Source: Candidatus Moraniibacteriota bacterium (lineage in GTDB: Bacteria; Patescibacteriota; Minisyncoccia; Moranbacterales; UBA9337). Taken from it: a stretch of DNA of 64,000 bases. Below, piece after piece: positions 1 to 10,006 of the stretch; position 1 is the first letter of the stretch; each line of letters opens with the position of its first letter. The notes beneath the pieces were generated by a model that saw only the letters and a program-made list of their open reading frames with translations, made no database searches and was not told the DNA's origin. The position numbers and the translations under genes were made by a program. Location: assembly GCA_028695135.1 (NCBI GenBank), contig JAQVJM010000003.1:2571-66570 (forward strand), given 5' to 3'.

Positions 1-290
1 TAACGATAACTGCCAGTCGGGCATTAGGATTGGACAGGGTAAGCTCGGCCAGATTTTCTTTCTTACTATCCACTCCGATAATTTTTGGAGCGACGGTAAA
101 ACAATTTCCCTATATTCTCAATAATGGGGTTGACGGATCGCTGATCTGGGGGGTAGTCGTTTCCGCCGTAAGCGGATATCTGGCCATAAAGTATCTCATT
201 AAATTTGTCCAAAAATCCAGCTATAAAATATTCTTTTGGTATAGGTTGGTGCTGGCGTCTATTATAGTCCTATTCATTTATATCGGGTAA
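1..290 (+). CDS. uppP: Undecaprenyl-diphosphatase, C-terminal fragment (gene begins upstream of window)
   Basis: Frame open to window edge; ...GLDRVSSARFSFLLSTPIIFGA... matches the conserved UppP/BacA C-terminal region (E. coli GLSREAAARFSFLLAIPAMLGA), followed by hydrophobic TM helices. Confidence 0.8.
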   Translation, partial: TITASRALGLDRVSSARFSFLLSTPIIFGATVKQFPYILNNGVDGSLIWGVVVSAVSGYLAIKYLIKFVQKSSYKIFFWYRLVLASIIVLFIYIG

Positions 291-368
291 TTTATTCGTT
301 AAAGATTGGCTTTTTTCATTATTTAAGCTATCATTAATAAAAATAATCAGTTTTAATTTTTTTATATT

Positions 369-1526
369 ATGACAACAGTAATAATTTTTATCTTAATTCT
401 GGGTGTTTTGATTTTTGTCCATGAGCTGGGGCATTACATCATAGCTATAAGAAACGGGATAAAAGCGGAGGAATTCGGTTTCGGTTTTCCGCCAAGAATC
501 TTTGGTGCGGTCAAAGATGAGAATACCGGAAAATTCAGGTTCATATTCGGTGACAAAAATATAAAATCCGAAAATACGGTTTTTTCTCTCAACTGGATAC
601 CGCTGGGAGGCTTCGTAAAAATAAAGGGAGAAAACAGGGAAAATAATGATAAGGACAGCTTTTCTTCAAAAGAACCTTGGACAAGAATAAAAGTTTTAGT
701 AGCGGGAGTGATGATGAATTTTTTATTGGCCTGGGTCTTATTGGCTGTGGTTTTTAATCAAGGAGCATCACAATCCATAAGCGACGACGATAAGATCAAG
801 GGAGCCAGGGTGCAGATTTCTCAAGTAGCTAAAGGATCTCCCGCTGAAGCTTCGGGAATTGCCATTGGCGACGAGGTCCAGAAAGTTTGTGATGCTAATG
901 GGGTCAAATGCAAATATATAAGCAAAGTCGAAGAATTAAAAAGTTTTATAGACGGAAATAAAGGAGAAGAAATAAGGTTTTTTATAAACAGAGGAGGAGA
1001 AGGTTTGGTTCTGGCCAGTGTTCCTAGAGAAAATCCTCCGGAAGGAGAGGGTTCGCTGGGAGTTCAACTCACCAGAACTGCTCTTATTAGCTATCCTTGG
1101 TATGAGTCTTTAGGCAAAGGATTATTTGCCGTTTTTGATATTACCTGGCTGATCATAACCACTCTGGGCGGGCTTTTGGTTAATCTTTTTATGGGCGCCA
1201 AGCCATCAATTGACGTAGCCGGACCGATCGGGATCGCTTTTATGACAAAACAGGTGGCTGTTTTGGGATGGGTTTATATTTTGCAGTTTACCGCTATTTT
1301 GAGCATAAATCTGGCTATAATCAACGCTTTCCCTTTTCCGGCGCTGGACGGAGGAAGAATCATGTTTATTATTATCGAAAAAATAAAAGGATCTCCGGTG
1401 AGCCATAGGATTGAGCAGATAGCCCATACGGCCGGATTCGGACTGCTAATCCTTCTTATGATAGTTGTTACCTTTCATGATTTTATCCAGTTTCAGATAG
1501 TGGATAAGATAAAAGAATTTTTTTAG
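369..1526 (+). CDS. rseP: Site-2 protease, M50 family zinc metalloprotease with PDZ domain (RseP/RasP-like)
   Basis: HELGH zinc motif at N-terminal TM helix, central PDZ-like segment (GDEVQKV...), C-terminal LDGG motif (PFPALDGGRIMF); multi-TM. Confidence 0.85.
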   Translation: MTTVIIFILILGVLIFVHELGHYIIAIRNGIKAEEFGFGFPPRIFGAVKDENTGKFRFIFGDKNIKSENTVFSLNWIPLGGFVKIKGENRENNDKDSFSSKEPWTRIKVLVAGVMMNFLLAWVLLAVVFNQGASQSISDDDKIKGARVQISQVAKGSPAEASGIAIGDEVQKVCDANGVKCKYISKVEELKSFIDGNKGEEIRFFINRGGEGLVLASVPRENPPEGEGSLGVQLTRTALISYPWYESLGKGLFAVFDITWLIITTLGGLLVNLFMGAKPSIDVAGPIGIAFMTKQVAVLGWVYILQFTAILSINLAIINAFPFPALDGGRIMFIIIEKIKGSPVSHRIEQIAHTAGFGLLILLMIVVTFHDFIQFQIVDKIKEFF

Positions 1527-1637
1527 GAAGTATTGATTAAAGATGTAGCACGAAATGACGGTCGTCATAAGATGCGACATTTTTGCAAATATAATTTTAT
1601 ATGGCTGGGAAAGTTTTTTAAATAAAATTAAGACATT

Positions 1638-2879
1638 ATGAAACAATCGAAACTTTTTACCAAAACTCAAAAATTCGCCCCCAAAGACGAAGTCAGCAAG
1701 AATGCTCAATTATTGATCAGAGCCGGTTTTGTCCATAAGGAGATGGCCGGGGTTTATTCTTTTTTACCTTTGGGATTGAGGGTTATTGAAAAAATAAAGA
1801 ATATTATCAGAGAGGAATTGAATGCTATAGGAGCCGTTGAGATGGAGATGACAGCGCTTCAAAAAAGCGAAACTTGGGAAAAAACCGGCAGATGGGACGA
1901 TAAGATTGTTGATGATTGGTTTAAAACCAACTTGAAAAACGGGACTGAATTAGGTCTTGCTTTCACGCACGAAGAACCTCTTACCAACATAATGAAAAGT
2001 TATATTTCTTCCCATAAAGACCTTCCCAAATATGCTTATCAGTTCCAAACCAAATTTAGGAATGAATTAAGGGCAAAGTCCGGAGTGCTTAGAGGAAGGG
2101 AATTTCTAATGAAAGATCTCTATAATTTTTCTTTGAACAAAAAACAGCACGAGGAATTTTATGAAAAGATGAAAGAAGTTTATATGAGAATATTTACAAG
2201 AATCGGTATCGGAGATAGGACTTTTTTGACGATGTCTTCCGGAGGATCATTTTCTAAATATTCTTTCGAATTTCAGACTGTCACAGATGCTGGCGAAGAT
2301 ATAATTGTACTTGATAAGGAAAAAAGAGTATCCATAAATAAAAGCGATTTCAGCGAGGAACTTCTTAAAGATTTCGGAATTGATAAGGATAAGATGAATT
2401 TTAAAGAAGTAAAAGCAGCAGAGGTAGGCGATATTTATACTTTGGGAGAGAAATATTCCAAGGCTTTAGGACTTACATATAAAGATGAAAATGGAGAAGA
2501 AAAAAATGTCTATATGGGATCATATGGGATAGGCGTGCCAAGGATTATGGGGGTTGTAACTGAGATTTTCAATGACGAAAAAGGAATTATCTGGCCGGAA
2601 TCTGTTGCGCCATTTCGTGTCCATTTAATTTCTCTTAATAAAAACGAGGAAGCGGAGAAGATTTATAATGACTTGACCGGAAAAGGAGTCGAAGTCTTTT
2701 ATGACGACAGAAATGCGCGTCCGGGAGAAAAATTCGCCGATAGCGACTTAATTGGAATTCCTTATCGCGTGGTTGTGAGCGAAAAATCTCTGGAAAAAGG
2801 CGGAGTCGAAGTCAAAAAAAGAGACAGAGAAGAAAGCAAAATCGTGAAGGTCGAGGAACTGTTAAAAAATTTCGCGTAA
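1638..2879 (+). CDS. proS: Proline--tRNA ligase, short bacterial-type without editing insertion
   Basis: N-terminus FTKTQKFAPKDEVSKNAQLLIRAGFV resembles ProS N-terminus; class II aaRS motifs; C-terminal anticodon-binding region; 413 aa. Confidence 0.8.
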   Translation: MKQSKLFTKTQKFAPKDEVSKNAQLLIRAGFVHKEMAGVYSFLPLGLRVIEKIKNIIREELNAIGAVEMEMTALQKSETWEKTGRWDDKIVDDWFKTNLKNGTELGLAFTHEEPLTNIMKSYISSHKDLPKYAYQFQTKFRNELRAKSGVLRGREFLMKDLYNFSLNKKQHEEFYEKMKEVYMRIFTRIGIGDRTFLTMSSGGSFSKYSFEFQTVTDAGEDIIVLDKEKRVSINKSDFSEELLKDFGIDKDKMNFKEVKAAEVGDIYTLGEKYSKALGLTYKDENGEEKNVYMGSYGIGVPRIMGVVTEIFNDEKGIIWPESVAPFRVHLISLNKNEEAEKIYNDLTGKGVEVFYDDRNARPGEKFADSDLIGIPYRVVVSEKSLEKGGVEVKKRDREESKIVKVEELLKNFA

Positions 2880-3233
2880 TACGTAAATCATGTTTTTGTG
2901 CGGAATATATTTCACATAAGAAAGAGCTATTAAAAATATCGTTCCGTTCCGGTTTTAAATAATAAGGTTGTTGGTTTTTTGTTTAAAAATATCTTTTTAA
3001 ATGGATATTTTTTATCTGTTATAAATGTTTCAGTGCATTGAAGCTTTCAGGTGAGTATGTTCCCCGGTTATTTAATAAATTTCGGCCTTATTTTGAGCCT
3101 GATATTCTGCTTAAGAAAAGAAGGTTTGAATCTCTTCACTTATCCTGATTTTCGGTATATAATTATATCATAAAATATTTATAATCCGAGCTATTTGGGC
3201 GCATTTGTGTAAATAGTGTCTCTTTATAATTAA

Positions 3234-3719
3234 ATGCAAGAAATAATAATTTCCTGGTTTTCCGGAATGCCCAGGGAGCTGGCTGTTTTTTTGATGTCCA
3301 TGCTTCCGGTAACGGAACTTAGGGCTTCTATTCCCATAGGGATATTGAAATATGACCTTGCGCCTATGAGTACCTTTATTTGGTCAGTTTTAGGAAATAC
3401 TCTTTTGGGAGCGTTGACGGCTCTGCTTATTACGCCTGTCACAAAGCTTATAATTGAAAAAATAAGCTTTTTGGATAAAATTTGGCAGAAATATATCGGG
3501 AGACTTCATGATAAACACAAAGAAAAATTTGAAAAATGGCAGGCCTGGGCCCTGGTTTCATTCGTGGCGATCCCTTTGCCGATGACAGGAGCTTTCAGTG
3601 GAGCGGTAGCTGCTTCCATTTTTAAGATAGAGATAAAAAAGACCGTGCCACTGATCTTTCTAGGCTGCTTGATTTCAGGGATAATAGTCACTTTTATGAC
3701 GCTAGGGTTTACTTTATAA
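3234..3719 (+). CDS. Small multi-TM membrane protein (putative small multidrug-export/COG2426-like)
   Basis: 161 aa, 4 predicted TM helices, ELRASIP motif near N-terminus reminiscent of PF06695 family; assignment by eye only. Confidence 0.4.
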   Translation: MQEIIISWFSGMPRELAVFLMSMLPVTELRASIPIGILKYDLAPMSTFIWSVLGNTLLGALTALLITPVTKLIIEKISFLDKIWQKYIGRLHDKHKEKFEKWQAWALVSFVAIPLPMTGAFSGAVAASIFKIEIKKTVPLIFLGCLISGIIVTFMTLGFTL

Positions 3720-3730
3720 AAAATAAAAAT

Positions 3731-4501
3731 ATGAATAAATTAGCGGTAGGAAACATAAAAATGAATATTATTTCGAAGATCGAAAGAGATAATTATTTGA
3801 AAATTCTTCGCGATAAGTTGAAAGGAAAAACTTTCGAAGAAACCTCCATAATTATCTGTCCTCCGGCGGTCCATTTGGAATATTTCTCAGAAAAAATAAA
3901 AAAAGGAAATATTTTTTGGGGAATACAAAACGCGCATTGGGAAAATTCCGGCTCTTATACTGGAGAAATTTCTCCTGCCATGGCCAAAGAAATGGGAGCG
4001 GATTTTGAAATTATCGGCCATAGTGAAAGAAGATCTAATTTTGGAGAAACCAATGATATGGTCAACAAAAAAATATTTTCCGCTTTCAAAAACAATCTTA
4101 TTCCTATAATGTGCATAGGAGAGAATATCGATGAAAGAAAGTCCGGAGAAACCAAGAAAGTCGTGCTGAATCAAATATTGGAAGGGCTGAAAGATTTAAC
4201 AAAATCCAAAGTTTCCAAGATGATAATAGCTTATGAGCCGGTTTGGTCCATAGGTACTGGAGAAACTCCTAGGGGAGAAGAAATAATGGGCGTAAGGATT
4301 CTTATCCAAAAAATTTTAGCGGACCAATTTGGTCTGACTATCAAACAAATGCCCAAGATATTGTACGGAGGATCGGTGGATTATAAAAATGCCAGAGAAG
4401 TCTGTCTGAGCGCGGGAATGGATGGAGTTTTGGTCGGAGGGGAATCGTTGTATCCGGATTCGTTCATAAAAATAGCGGAAATCTTAGAAGATAAAATTTA
4501 A
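3731..4501 (+). CDS. tpiA: Triosephosphate isomerase
   Basis: VGNIKMN (AGNWKMN-like), IGHSERR, AYEPVWSIGTG, GGSV motifs. Confidence 0.9.
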   Translation: MNKLAVGNIKMNIISKIERDNYLKILRDKLKGKTFEETSIIICPPAVHLEYFSEKIKKGNIFWGIQNAHWENSGSYTGEISPAMAKEMGADFEIIGHSERRSNFGETNDMVNKKIFSAFKNNLIPIMCIGENIDERKSGETKKVVLNQILEGLKDLTKSKVSKMIIAYEPVWSIGTGETPRGEEIMGVRILIQKILADQFGLTIKQMPKILYGGSVDYKNAREVCLSAGMDGVLVGGESLYPDSFIKIAEILEDKI

Positions 4502-4593
4502 CAAAAAACGATTTAATAAAACTAAAAATATATCGATTCGCATTATTTGCATATTATCAAATTAGCATTTATTCGCGGATTAGCATCAATCTT

Positions 4594-5460
4594 ATGTTAG
4601 TAAAAGTAAAAGACATATTGGATAAAGCCAATAAAGAATATTATGCGGTGGGCGCTTTTAATACGACGAATTTGGAAACCACTCAGGCGATTTTGGAAGC
4701 GGCTAAAAATATGAAATCTCCTATCATAATACAGATTACGGAAAAGACGATGAATTATGCAGGGGGGAGGGCGATATTTAATATTATAAAAAACTTGTCT
4801 GAATTTTATTATGAAGAAATTCCGGTAGGCGTTCATTTGGATCATGGAAAAAGTCTTGAAATAATAGAGAGGGCTGCGGAAATAGGAATTGATTCGGTAA
4901 TGTACGACGGATCAAGAAAAAAATATTCCGACAATTTAATGATGACTAAAAAAATCGCTGAATTTTGCAGAGAAAAAGGAATAAATTTACAGGCTGAGCT
5001 GGGAAATGTTCCTTATATGAAAGAAACCGGAGCCAAAGAAATCGATTGGGACGAATATATGACCGATCCGGATCAGGCTGAAGAATTCGCCAGAGAAACG
5101 GAAGTGGATGCTCTAGCTGTGGCGGTTGGAAACGCTCATGATTTTGCCAAGGAAAGAAAGGAGCCTGATTATGAGAGGTTGGCGGAAATCAACAGAAGGC
5201 TCAATATGCCCCTCATAATGCATGGTGCTTCGGATTGGGACGCCGACAAAGTCAGAGAGGCCGTAAAAAACGGAATTAATTGTTTTAATGTAGATACTGC
5301 GATAAGAGTAGCTTTTATTTCAAGTCTGTCGGAAACGGTTGACGGAGAAAACAGCGTTGTTTCTTATGATATAAGGGAACATTTAGGAAAGGCCAGGGAT
5401 GCGGTAAGTATGGTTGTTGAGGAAAAAATAAAGATTTTTGGCAGTGCTGATAGGATATAA
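4594..5460 (+). CDS. fba: Class II fructose-bisphosphate aldolase
   Basis: Class II aldolase motifs: PIIIQ, VHLDHG, GNAHD; 288 aa. Confidence 0.85.
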   Translation: MLVKVKDILDKANKEYYAVGAFNTTNLETTQAILEAAKNMKSPIIIQITEKTMNYAGGRAIFNIIKNLSEFYYEEIPVGVHLDHGKSLEIIERAAEIGIDSVMYDGSRKKYSDNLMMTKKIAEFCREKGINLQAELGNVPYMKETGAKEIDWDEYMTDPDQAEEFARETEVDALAVAVGNAHDFAKERKEPDYERLAEINRRLNMPLIMHGASDWDADKVREAVKNGINCFNVDTAIRVAFISSLSETVDGENSVVSYDIREHLGKARDAVSMVVEEKIKIFGSADRI

Positions 5461-5632
5461 AAAGCATCAGACTAAAAATCCTAAATTTCGGACAATATAA
5501 AAATCAAAAAACAAAACATATAAAATCTTGAAGTCATATTTTGAAAACGAGGATCTATTTGGAATTTTTGATACCGAGACGAGTGAAGCCTGATAAGCTG
5601 AGAGTGTTTAAATGAGTCTAATTGTTAATTAA

Positions 5633-6796
5633 ATGAAGATATTAGTAGTGGCTCCGGTGCCTTTTTTTGTTGACAGAGGAACCCCGATGCGCATATTGGA
5701 GGAAGCTTTAGCTTTGGAAAAAAAAGGATTTTCCATCGATATGGTTTCTTATCATTTGGGAAGAGACATAAAAACGGTCGCGCCAGAGACAAAGATAAAA
5801 AATTTTCGCATTAGAAAAATAATGTTTTGGTATGATAAGGAAGAAGCCGGACCTAATTGGCAAAAAATAGTTTTGGATATTTTTTTAGTTTGGAAAACAG
5901 TGAAGGTTGCTTTTTTGAAAAAACCAGATATTATTCATGGGCATTTGCATGAAGGGGTGTTGATAGGATGGATGGCAAAAAATATCCTTTTTTGGAGAAA
6001 AATGAGATTAGTCGCTGACTTTCATGGAGAGTTGGTAAGCGAAATGGAGTCGCATGGATATTTGAAGGGAGGAATTATCAAGAAGGCTTTTTCCTTTTTA
6101 GAGAGGGTTATTTTTTCTCTCGGAGACAGGACTATCGTCAGTTCCGTGGAACTTAAGGACAAGATTAATAACTTTAAAAGAAGAGATGAAATAGCGGTCG
6201 TTTTGGACGGAGTGAATGTCGATAGATATGATTTAAACAAAAAAAATAAAATTAGAGATGGAAAATTGGGAGTGATTTATTCGGGAGCGTTTGTGGAAAA
6301 TAAAGGAATAAGCTTGCTGCTTAACTCCATAACAGAAATTTTTCGAGAAAAACATGAAGGCATCCATTTTATTCTGGCCGGAAGTCCGGTTGAAAATATA
6401 AGCGGATTCATAAAGAAAAATAATTTGGAAAAAATGGTGGAAATAGTGAGTCCGTTAGAATATAAGAATCTTCCGGAAACCAATATGAAAGGCGACATTG
6501 CGGTTGATCCAAAGACTTCTGAAACAGGCCAGGCCAGCGGAAAGATTCTCCAATATATGGGAGCCGGACTCCCGGTGGTATGTTTTGACAGGAAGAATAA
6601 TCGTAAATATCTGGGGAAAGCGGGGTATTATGTTTCAGATAAGACTTCCCGAGGCATAACCGAAGGCATTTTACATCTTTTTCGAAATCCGGATAAGATC
6701 GAAATGATGTCAAGAATTTCCAGAAAAAGGGCGGAGAAATTTTCATGGGAAAATTCAGCGGAAAAAATAATAAATATTTATAACAAGATAAGATGA
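5633..6796 (+). CDS. Glycosyltransferase family 1/4
   Basis: GT-B fold features, C-terminal E-x7-E like region (GLPVVCFDR...), typical GT4 length. Confidence 0.65.
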   Translation: MKILVVAPVPFFVDRGTPMRILEEALALEKKGFSIDMVSYHLGRDIKTVAPETKIKNFRIRKIMFWYDKEEAGPNWQKIVLDIFLVWKTVKVAFLKKPDIIHGHLHEGVLIGWMAKNILFWRKMRLVADFHGELVSEMESHGYLKGGIIKKAFSFLERVIFSLGDRTIVSSVELKDKINNFKRRDEIAVVLDGVNVDRYDLNKKNKIRDGKLGVIYSGAFVENKGISLLLNSITEIFREKHEGIHFILAGSPVENISGFIKKNNLEKMVEIVSPLEYKNLPETNMKGDIAVDPKTSETGQASGKILQYMGAGLPVVCFDRKNNRKYLGKAGYYVSDKTSRGITEGILHLFRNPDKIEMMSRISRKRAEKFSWENSAEKIINIYNKIR

Positions 6797-8163
6797 AAAA
6801 AAGATTGAATATAGCGGTATTTGCGATTGTGGCCTTTTTATTGCTGGTCGGAATATTTTTTATTATAAAGAATACAAATAAGGTTTCTCTGATTTCGACG
6901 TCGCTGTCCGCGGTTACAAATGTTGTCAAGCTTCTTCCGATAAAAGAAGACACAAAGAAAGAGATTGAAACAATTGACGCTCTTGCCAAAGAACTTACCA
7001 AAAAAGACGGAAAAGAAAGAAAATTTTTAATCTTACTTCAGAATAATATGGAGCTTCGTCCGGGAGGAGGATTTTTGGGACAGTATGCCGTCATAAAGAT
7101 TAAAGACGGAAATGTCACGGAAAATTATTTCGAGGATGCCAATCTTTTGGATCAAAGGATAAACGCAAAAATTCCGGCGCCTTATCCTTTTGAAAGGATG
7201 ATGAGTATAAAGAAGTGGAAATTTCGCGATTCTAATTTTTCTCCGGATTTTCCTACCAACGCGGAAAGAGCAAAATATTTTTACCGTTTGGCAGGGAAAA
7301 GCAGTGATTTTGACGGGGTTATAGCGGTCAATGCCGACACTTTCAACAGAGTTTTTTCCCTAACCGGACCAATTGCGATTCCGGGGTATGACGTTGTCTT
7401 AAATAGCGATAACGCTACTCTGGAATTGGAGGAAATCGTGGAAAAAAAATATATTATGGATGAGACTCTGGACACCCAGAACAGAAAAGCTGTGATGAAA
7501 ACCCTTACTGATACCATCGTGAAAAAATTGTCAGGTATTGAAAATATTCCCAAGATTTCCAATTTTGTCTTGGAAGAGCTTCGCAATAAAGATGTGATGC
7601 TCAATTTTGAGGATCAAAACCTCCAAAGAATGATTGAAGAAGCGCATTGGGCGGGAGGGGTTTCCGATGATTGGTCAGGCGATTACCTTATGATAGTAGA
7701 TGCTAATATGGGAGCGCTCAAGTCGAACTATTATGTGAAAAGAAGCATGGAATATAATGTCGATCTGACCGGAGAAAAGCCTATGGCAGAACTGAAAATT
7801 TTTTACAGGCATGAAGCCAGGTACGGAGATTGGAGAACTAGCGACTATCATTCTTATTTTCGTGTTTATGCTCCGCAAGGATCGAATTTGTTGGAGAGAG
7901 AAATGGTGAGTTATCCTTACATACAAGAGGAATTCAATAAGACTTATTTTGGATTTTTGCTCCATGTTTTGATAAACGGAAAGACTGATGTCAGGGTGAA
8001 ATACGAGCTTCCTGAAAAAGTGAGAGAAGATGGATACCGACTCTTAGTTCAGAAACAATCCGGAATGGGGGATGTTCCGTTTAAAATAATGGTTAAAACG
8101 GACAAGGGAGAATTTTCTCATGAAGAAACGCTTAAAAAAGATTTGAAATTTGAATTAAAATAA
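6793..8163 (+). CDS. DUF4012-like membrane-anchored envelope protein
   Basis: N-terminal TM helix; LRPGGGFLGQYAVIKIKDGNV motif characteristic of DUF4012 proteins that co-occur with glycosyltransferases; start overlaps upstream GT stop (ATGA). Confidence 0.5.
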   Translation: MKKRLNIAVFAIVAFLLLVGIFFIIKNTNKVSLISTSLSAVTNVVKLLPIKEDTKKEIETIDALAKELTKKDGKERKFLILLQNNMELRPGGGFLGQYAVIKIKDGNVTENYFEDANLLDQRINAKIPAPYPFERMMSIKKWKFRDSNFSPDFPTNAERAKYFYRLAGKSSDFDGVIAVNADTFNRVFSLTGPIAIPGYDVVLNSDNATLELEEIVEKKYIMDETLDTQNRKAVMKTLTDTIVKKLSGIENIPKISNFVLEELRNKDVMLNFEDQNLQRMIEEAHWAGGVSDDWSGDYLMIVDANMGALKSNYYVKRSMEYNVDLTGEKPMAELKIFYRHEARYGDWRTSDYHSYFRVYAPQGSNLLEREMVSYPYIQEEFNKTYFGFLLHVLINGKTDVRVKYELPEKVREDGYRLLVQKQSGMGDVPFKIMVKTDKGEFSHEETLKKDLKFELK

Positions 8164-8168
8164 ATAAG

Positions 8169-9362
8169 ATGAAACTTATCCTTATAAAATTCGGGAAAGC
8201 GATAATGACCATTAGAAAGAACGGCATAATTAAAGGCGGAAAAAGAGTTTGGGAGTATTTATTTATTTTTATAAAATCCTTTTTTGGCGCCAGAGAAGGA
8301 GAGATCTTGTTTATTACTGGAGGCGTGGGAGATAGCGCCCATTATCGCTCATATAATGTGGCTGAGGAATTGGAACTTCACGGATTTAGGTGTTCCGTAA
8401 TGATTCAAGACAATCCCTTGATCTATCGTTATGCGAAAAAATTTAGTATTTTCGTTTTTCAAAAAACAGTTGCAACGCCTACGCTGGAGAAGCTGATTAA
8501 AAAAATCAAAGAAGAAAAGAAGGAAATTATTTTTGAAACGGACGATCTGATATTTGATGAAAAATATCTTCACCAGATGGATTATTGGAAGCAGATGGAT
8601 CGATTTACCAAAAAGCAATATGTCGGAGGACAGGGAAGTGAAATTCTGAATGACCCCTATGTCAGAATTTGCACCACCACCACCAATTTTTTGAAAAACA
8701 AGCTAGAAGAAATGAAAAAAAGAGTTTTCCTTGTGCCGAACAAAATCTGCAATAAAGAATTGGAAATAGCCAATAATATATATGAAACGAGGAATAAATC
8801 AGCAAGAAAAAGAGGTTGTGTTTCCATCGGTTATTTTAGCGGAACTATAAGCCATAATAAGGATTTTGCTGAAATAACCGATGTCCTTTTGGATCTATTG
8901 GATAAATATTCAAATCTCAGGCTGGTTTTGGCAGGACCGCTCGATATCGAAAATAAATTAAATAGATTTAAAGAAAGAATAGATAAATTGCCGATGGTTT
9001 CAAGAGCCAAGCATTATGTCAATGTTTCGAGCGTTGATATAAATGTTGTCCCGTTGGAGATTGATAGCGATTTTTGTCAAGCCAAATCAGAATTAAAATT
9101 TTTCGAGGCCGGAATTTTGGGCGTGCCGACGGTGGCAACCGCCACGCAAACTTTTAAAGAAGCCATAGATGAAGGCGTGGACGGGTTCTTGGCTTCTAAC
9201 AGCGAAGAATGGAAAGAAAAGTTGGAGAAACTTATCACGGATGCCGATTTTAGAGGCAAGATGGGCGAAAAGGCCCGCCGAAAAGCCTCGGAAAAATATA
9301 CCAATAGGAATAGCGAAAATGAGGAATATTATAGCTATTTGAGGAGCAAGATAGTCAGATAA
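8169..9362 (+). CDS. Glycosyltransferase (GT-B, family 1-like)
   Basis: C-terminal GT1-like region (FEAGILGVPTVATA...EGVDGFLA); translationally adjacent to DUF4012 gene. Confidence 0.55.
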   Translation: MKLILIKFGKAIMTIRKNGIIKGGKRVWEYLFIFIKSFFGAREGEILFITGGVGDSAHYRSYNVAEELELHGFRCSVMIQDNPLIYRYAKKFSIFVFQKTVATPTLEKLIKKIKEEKKEIIFETDDLIFDEKYLHQMDYWKQMDRFTKKQYVGGQGSEILNDPYVRICTTTTNFLKNKLEEMKKRVFLVPNKICNKELEIANNIYETRNKSARKRGCVSIGYFSGTISHNKDFAEITDVLLDLLDKYSNLRLVLAGPLDIENKLNRFKERIDKLPMVSRAKHYVNVSSVDINVVPLEIDSDFCQAKSELKFFEAGILGVPTVATATQTFKEAIDEGVDGFLASNSEEWKEKLEKLITDADFRGKMGEKARRKASEKYTNRNSENEEYYSYLRSKIVR

Positions 9363-9501
9363 TTTTATACGAATTACGAATTTTTCGTGCTTGCTGACAG
9401 GAAGGAAAAACTATGAAAGAATTATTTTTTTCAATGTTGATCCATAATTCGTAGATATCGTCATATTTTACTTTTGTTTTTAAATTAGTTAAAATATACA
9501 T

Positions 9502-9609
9502 ATGAGGAAATTCAGGAAAAAAATAAGAATTATTTGGATAATTATTTCCTTGCTGGCTGTCGTATCGATGATAGGTTTTTTGTTAGCTCCAGCTTTTATC
9601 GGATATTGA
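9502..9609 (+). CDS. Small (35 aa) basic N-terminus single-TM membrane peptide
   Basis: MRKFRKKIRIIWIIISLLAVVSMIGFLLAPAFIGY; lies immediately upstream of ftsB-like gene; below ORF-track cutoff, found by reading. Confidence 0.3.
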   Translation: MRKFRKKIRIIWIIISLLAVVSMIGFLLAPAFIGY

Positions 9610-9618
9610 TTTATTCAA

Positions 9619-10005
9619 ATGCGTTTATTTATAGTCTTTCTACTTTCCATAATTATCTTAGGCGCAGGCGTTTTCTTTTCAATGCCGGCTTTTAAGGAAA
9701 TGCGTCGATCTAAGGCTATCGAAAAAGAGATCGAAGAGCTTAGGGACGAAGCAGAGAGGATAGGATCCGACAATAACTTTTTAAGGGAACAGATAGAATA
9801 TTTAAAATCCGATCACTATAAGGAAAGATTAGCCAAAGACAAGCTTAATTTAAAAAATCCGGGGGAACAAGTAGTAGTTGTCCAGCCTGGCGGAAAGTCG
9901 GCAGATACGTCTGAAGATCGAAGAGAATCTGAAAATTTTGAAGAAGAAAGCTATAAAGAAGAAATTTCAAATTTTAAAAAATGGTTGAGATATTTTTTTA
10001 ATTAG
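9619..10005 (+). CDS. Septum formation initiator family protein (FtsB/DivIC-like)
   Basis: N-terminal TM followed by coiled coil (EIEELRDEAERIGSDNNFLREQIEYLK), KDKLNLKNPGEQVV resembles FtsB family C-terminal. Confidence 0.55.
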   Translation: MRLFIVFLLSIIILGAGVFFSMPAFKEMRRSKAIEKEIEELRDEAERIGSDNNFLREQIEYLKSDHYKERLAKDKLNLKNPGEQVVVVQPGGKSADTSEDRRESENFEEESYKEEISNFKKWLRYFFN

Positions 10006-10006
10006 T

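Noticed and set aside
2880-3233. 354-bp AT-rich gap after proS
   Set aside because: I looked for tRNA/ncRNA structure or repeats and found nothing convincing. It is likely promoter/UTR.
6408-7001. 197-aa minus-strand ORF spanning the GT/DUF4012 junction
   Set aside because: Antisense across two convincing plus-strand genes.
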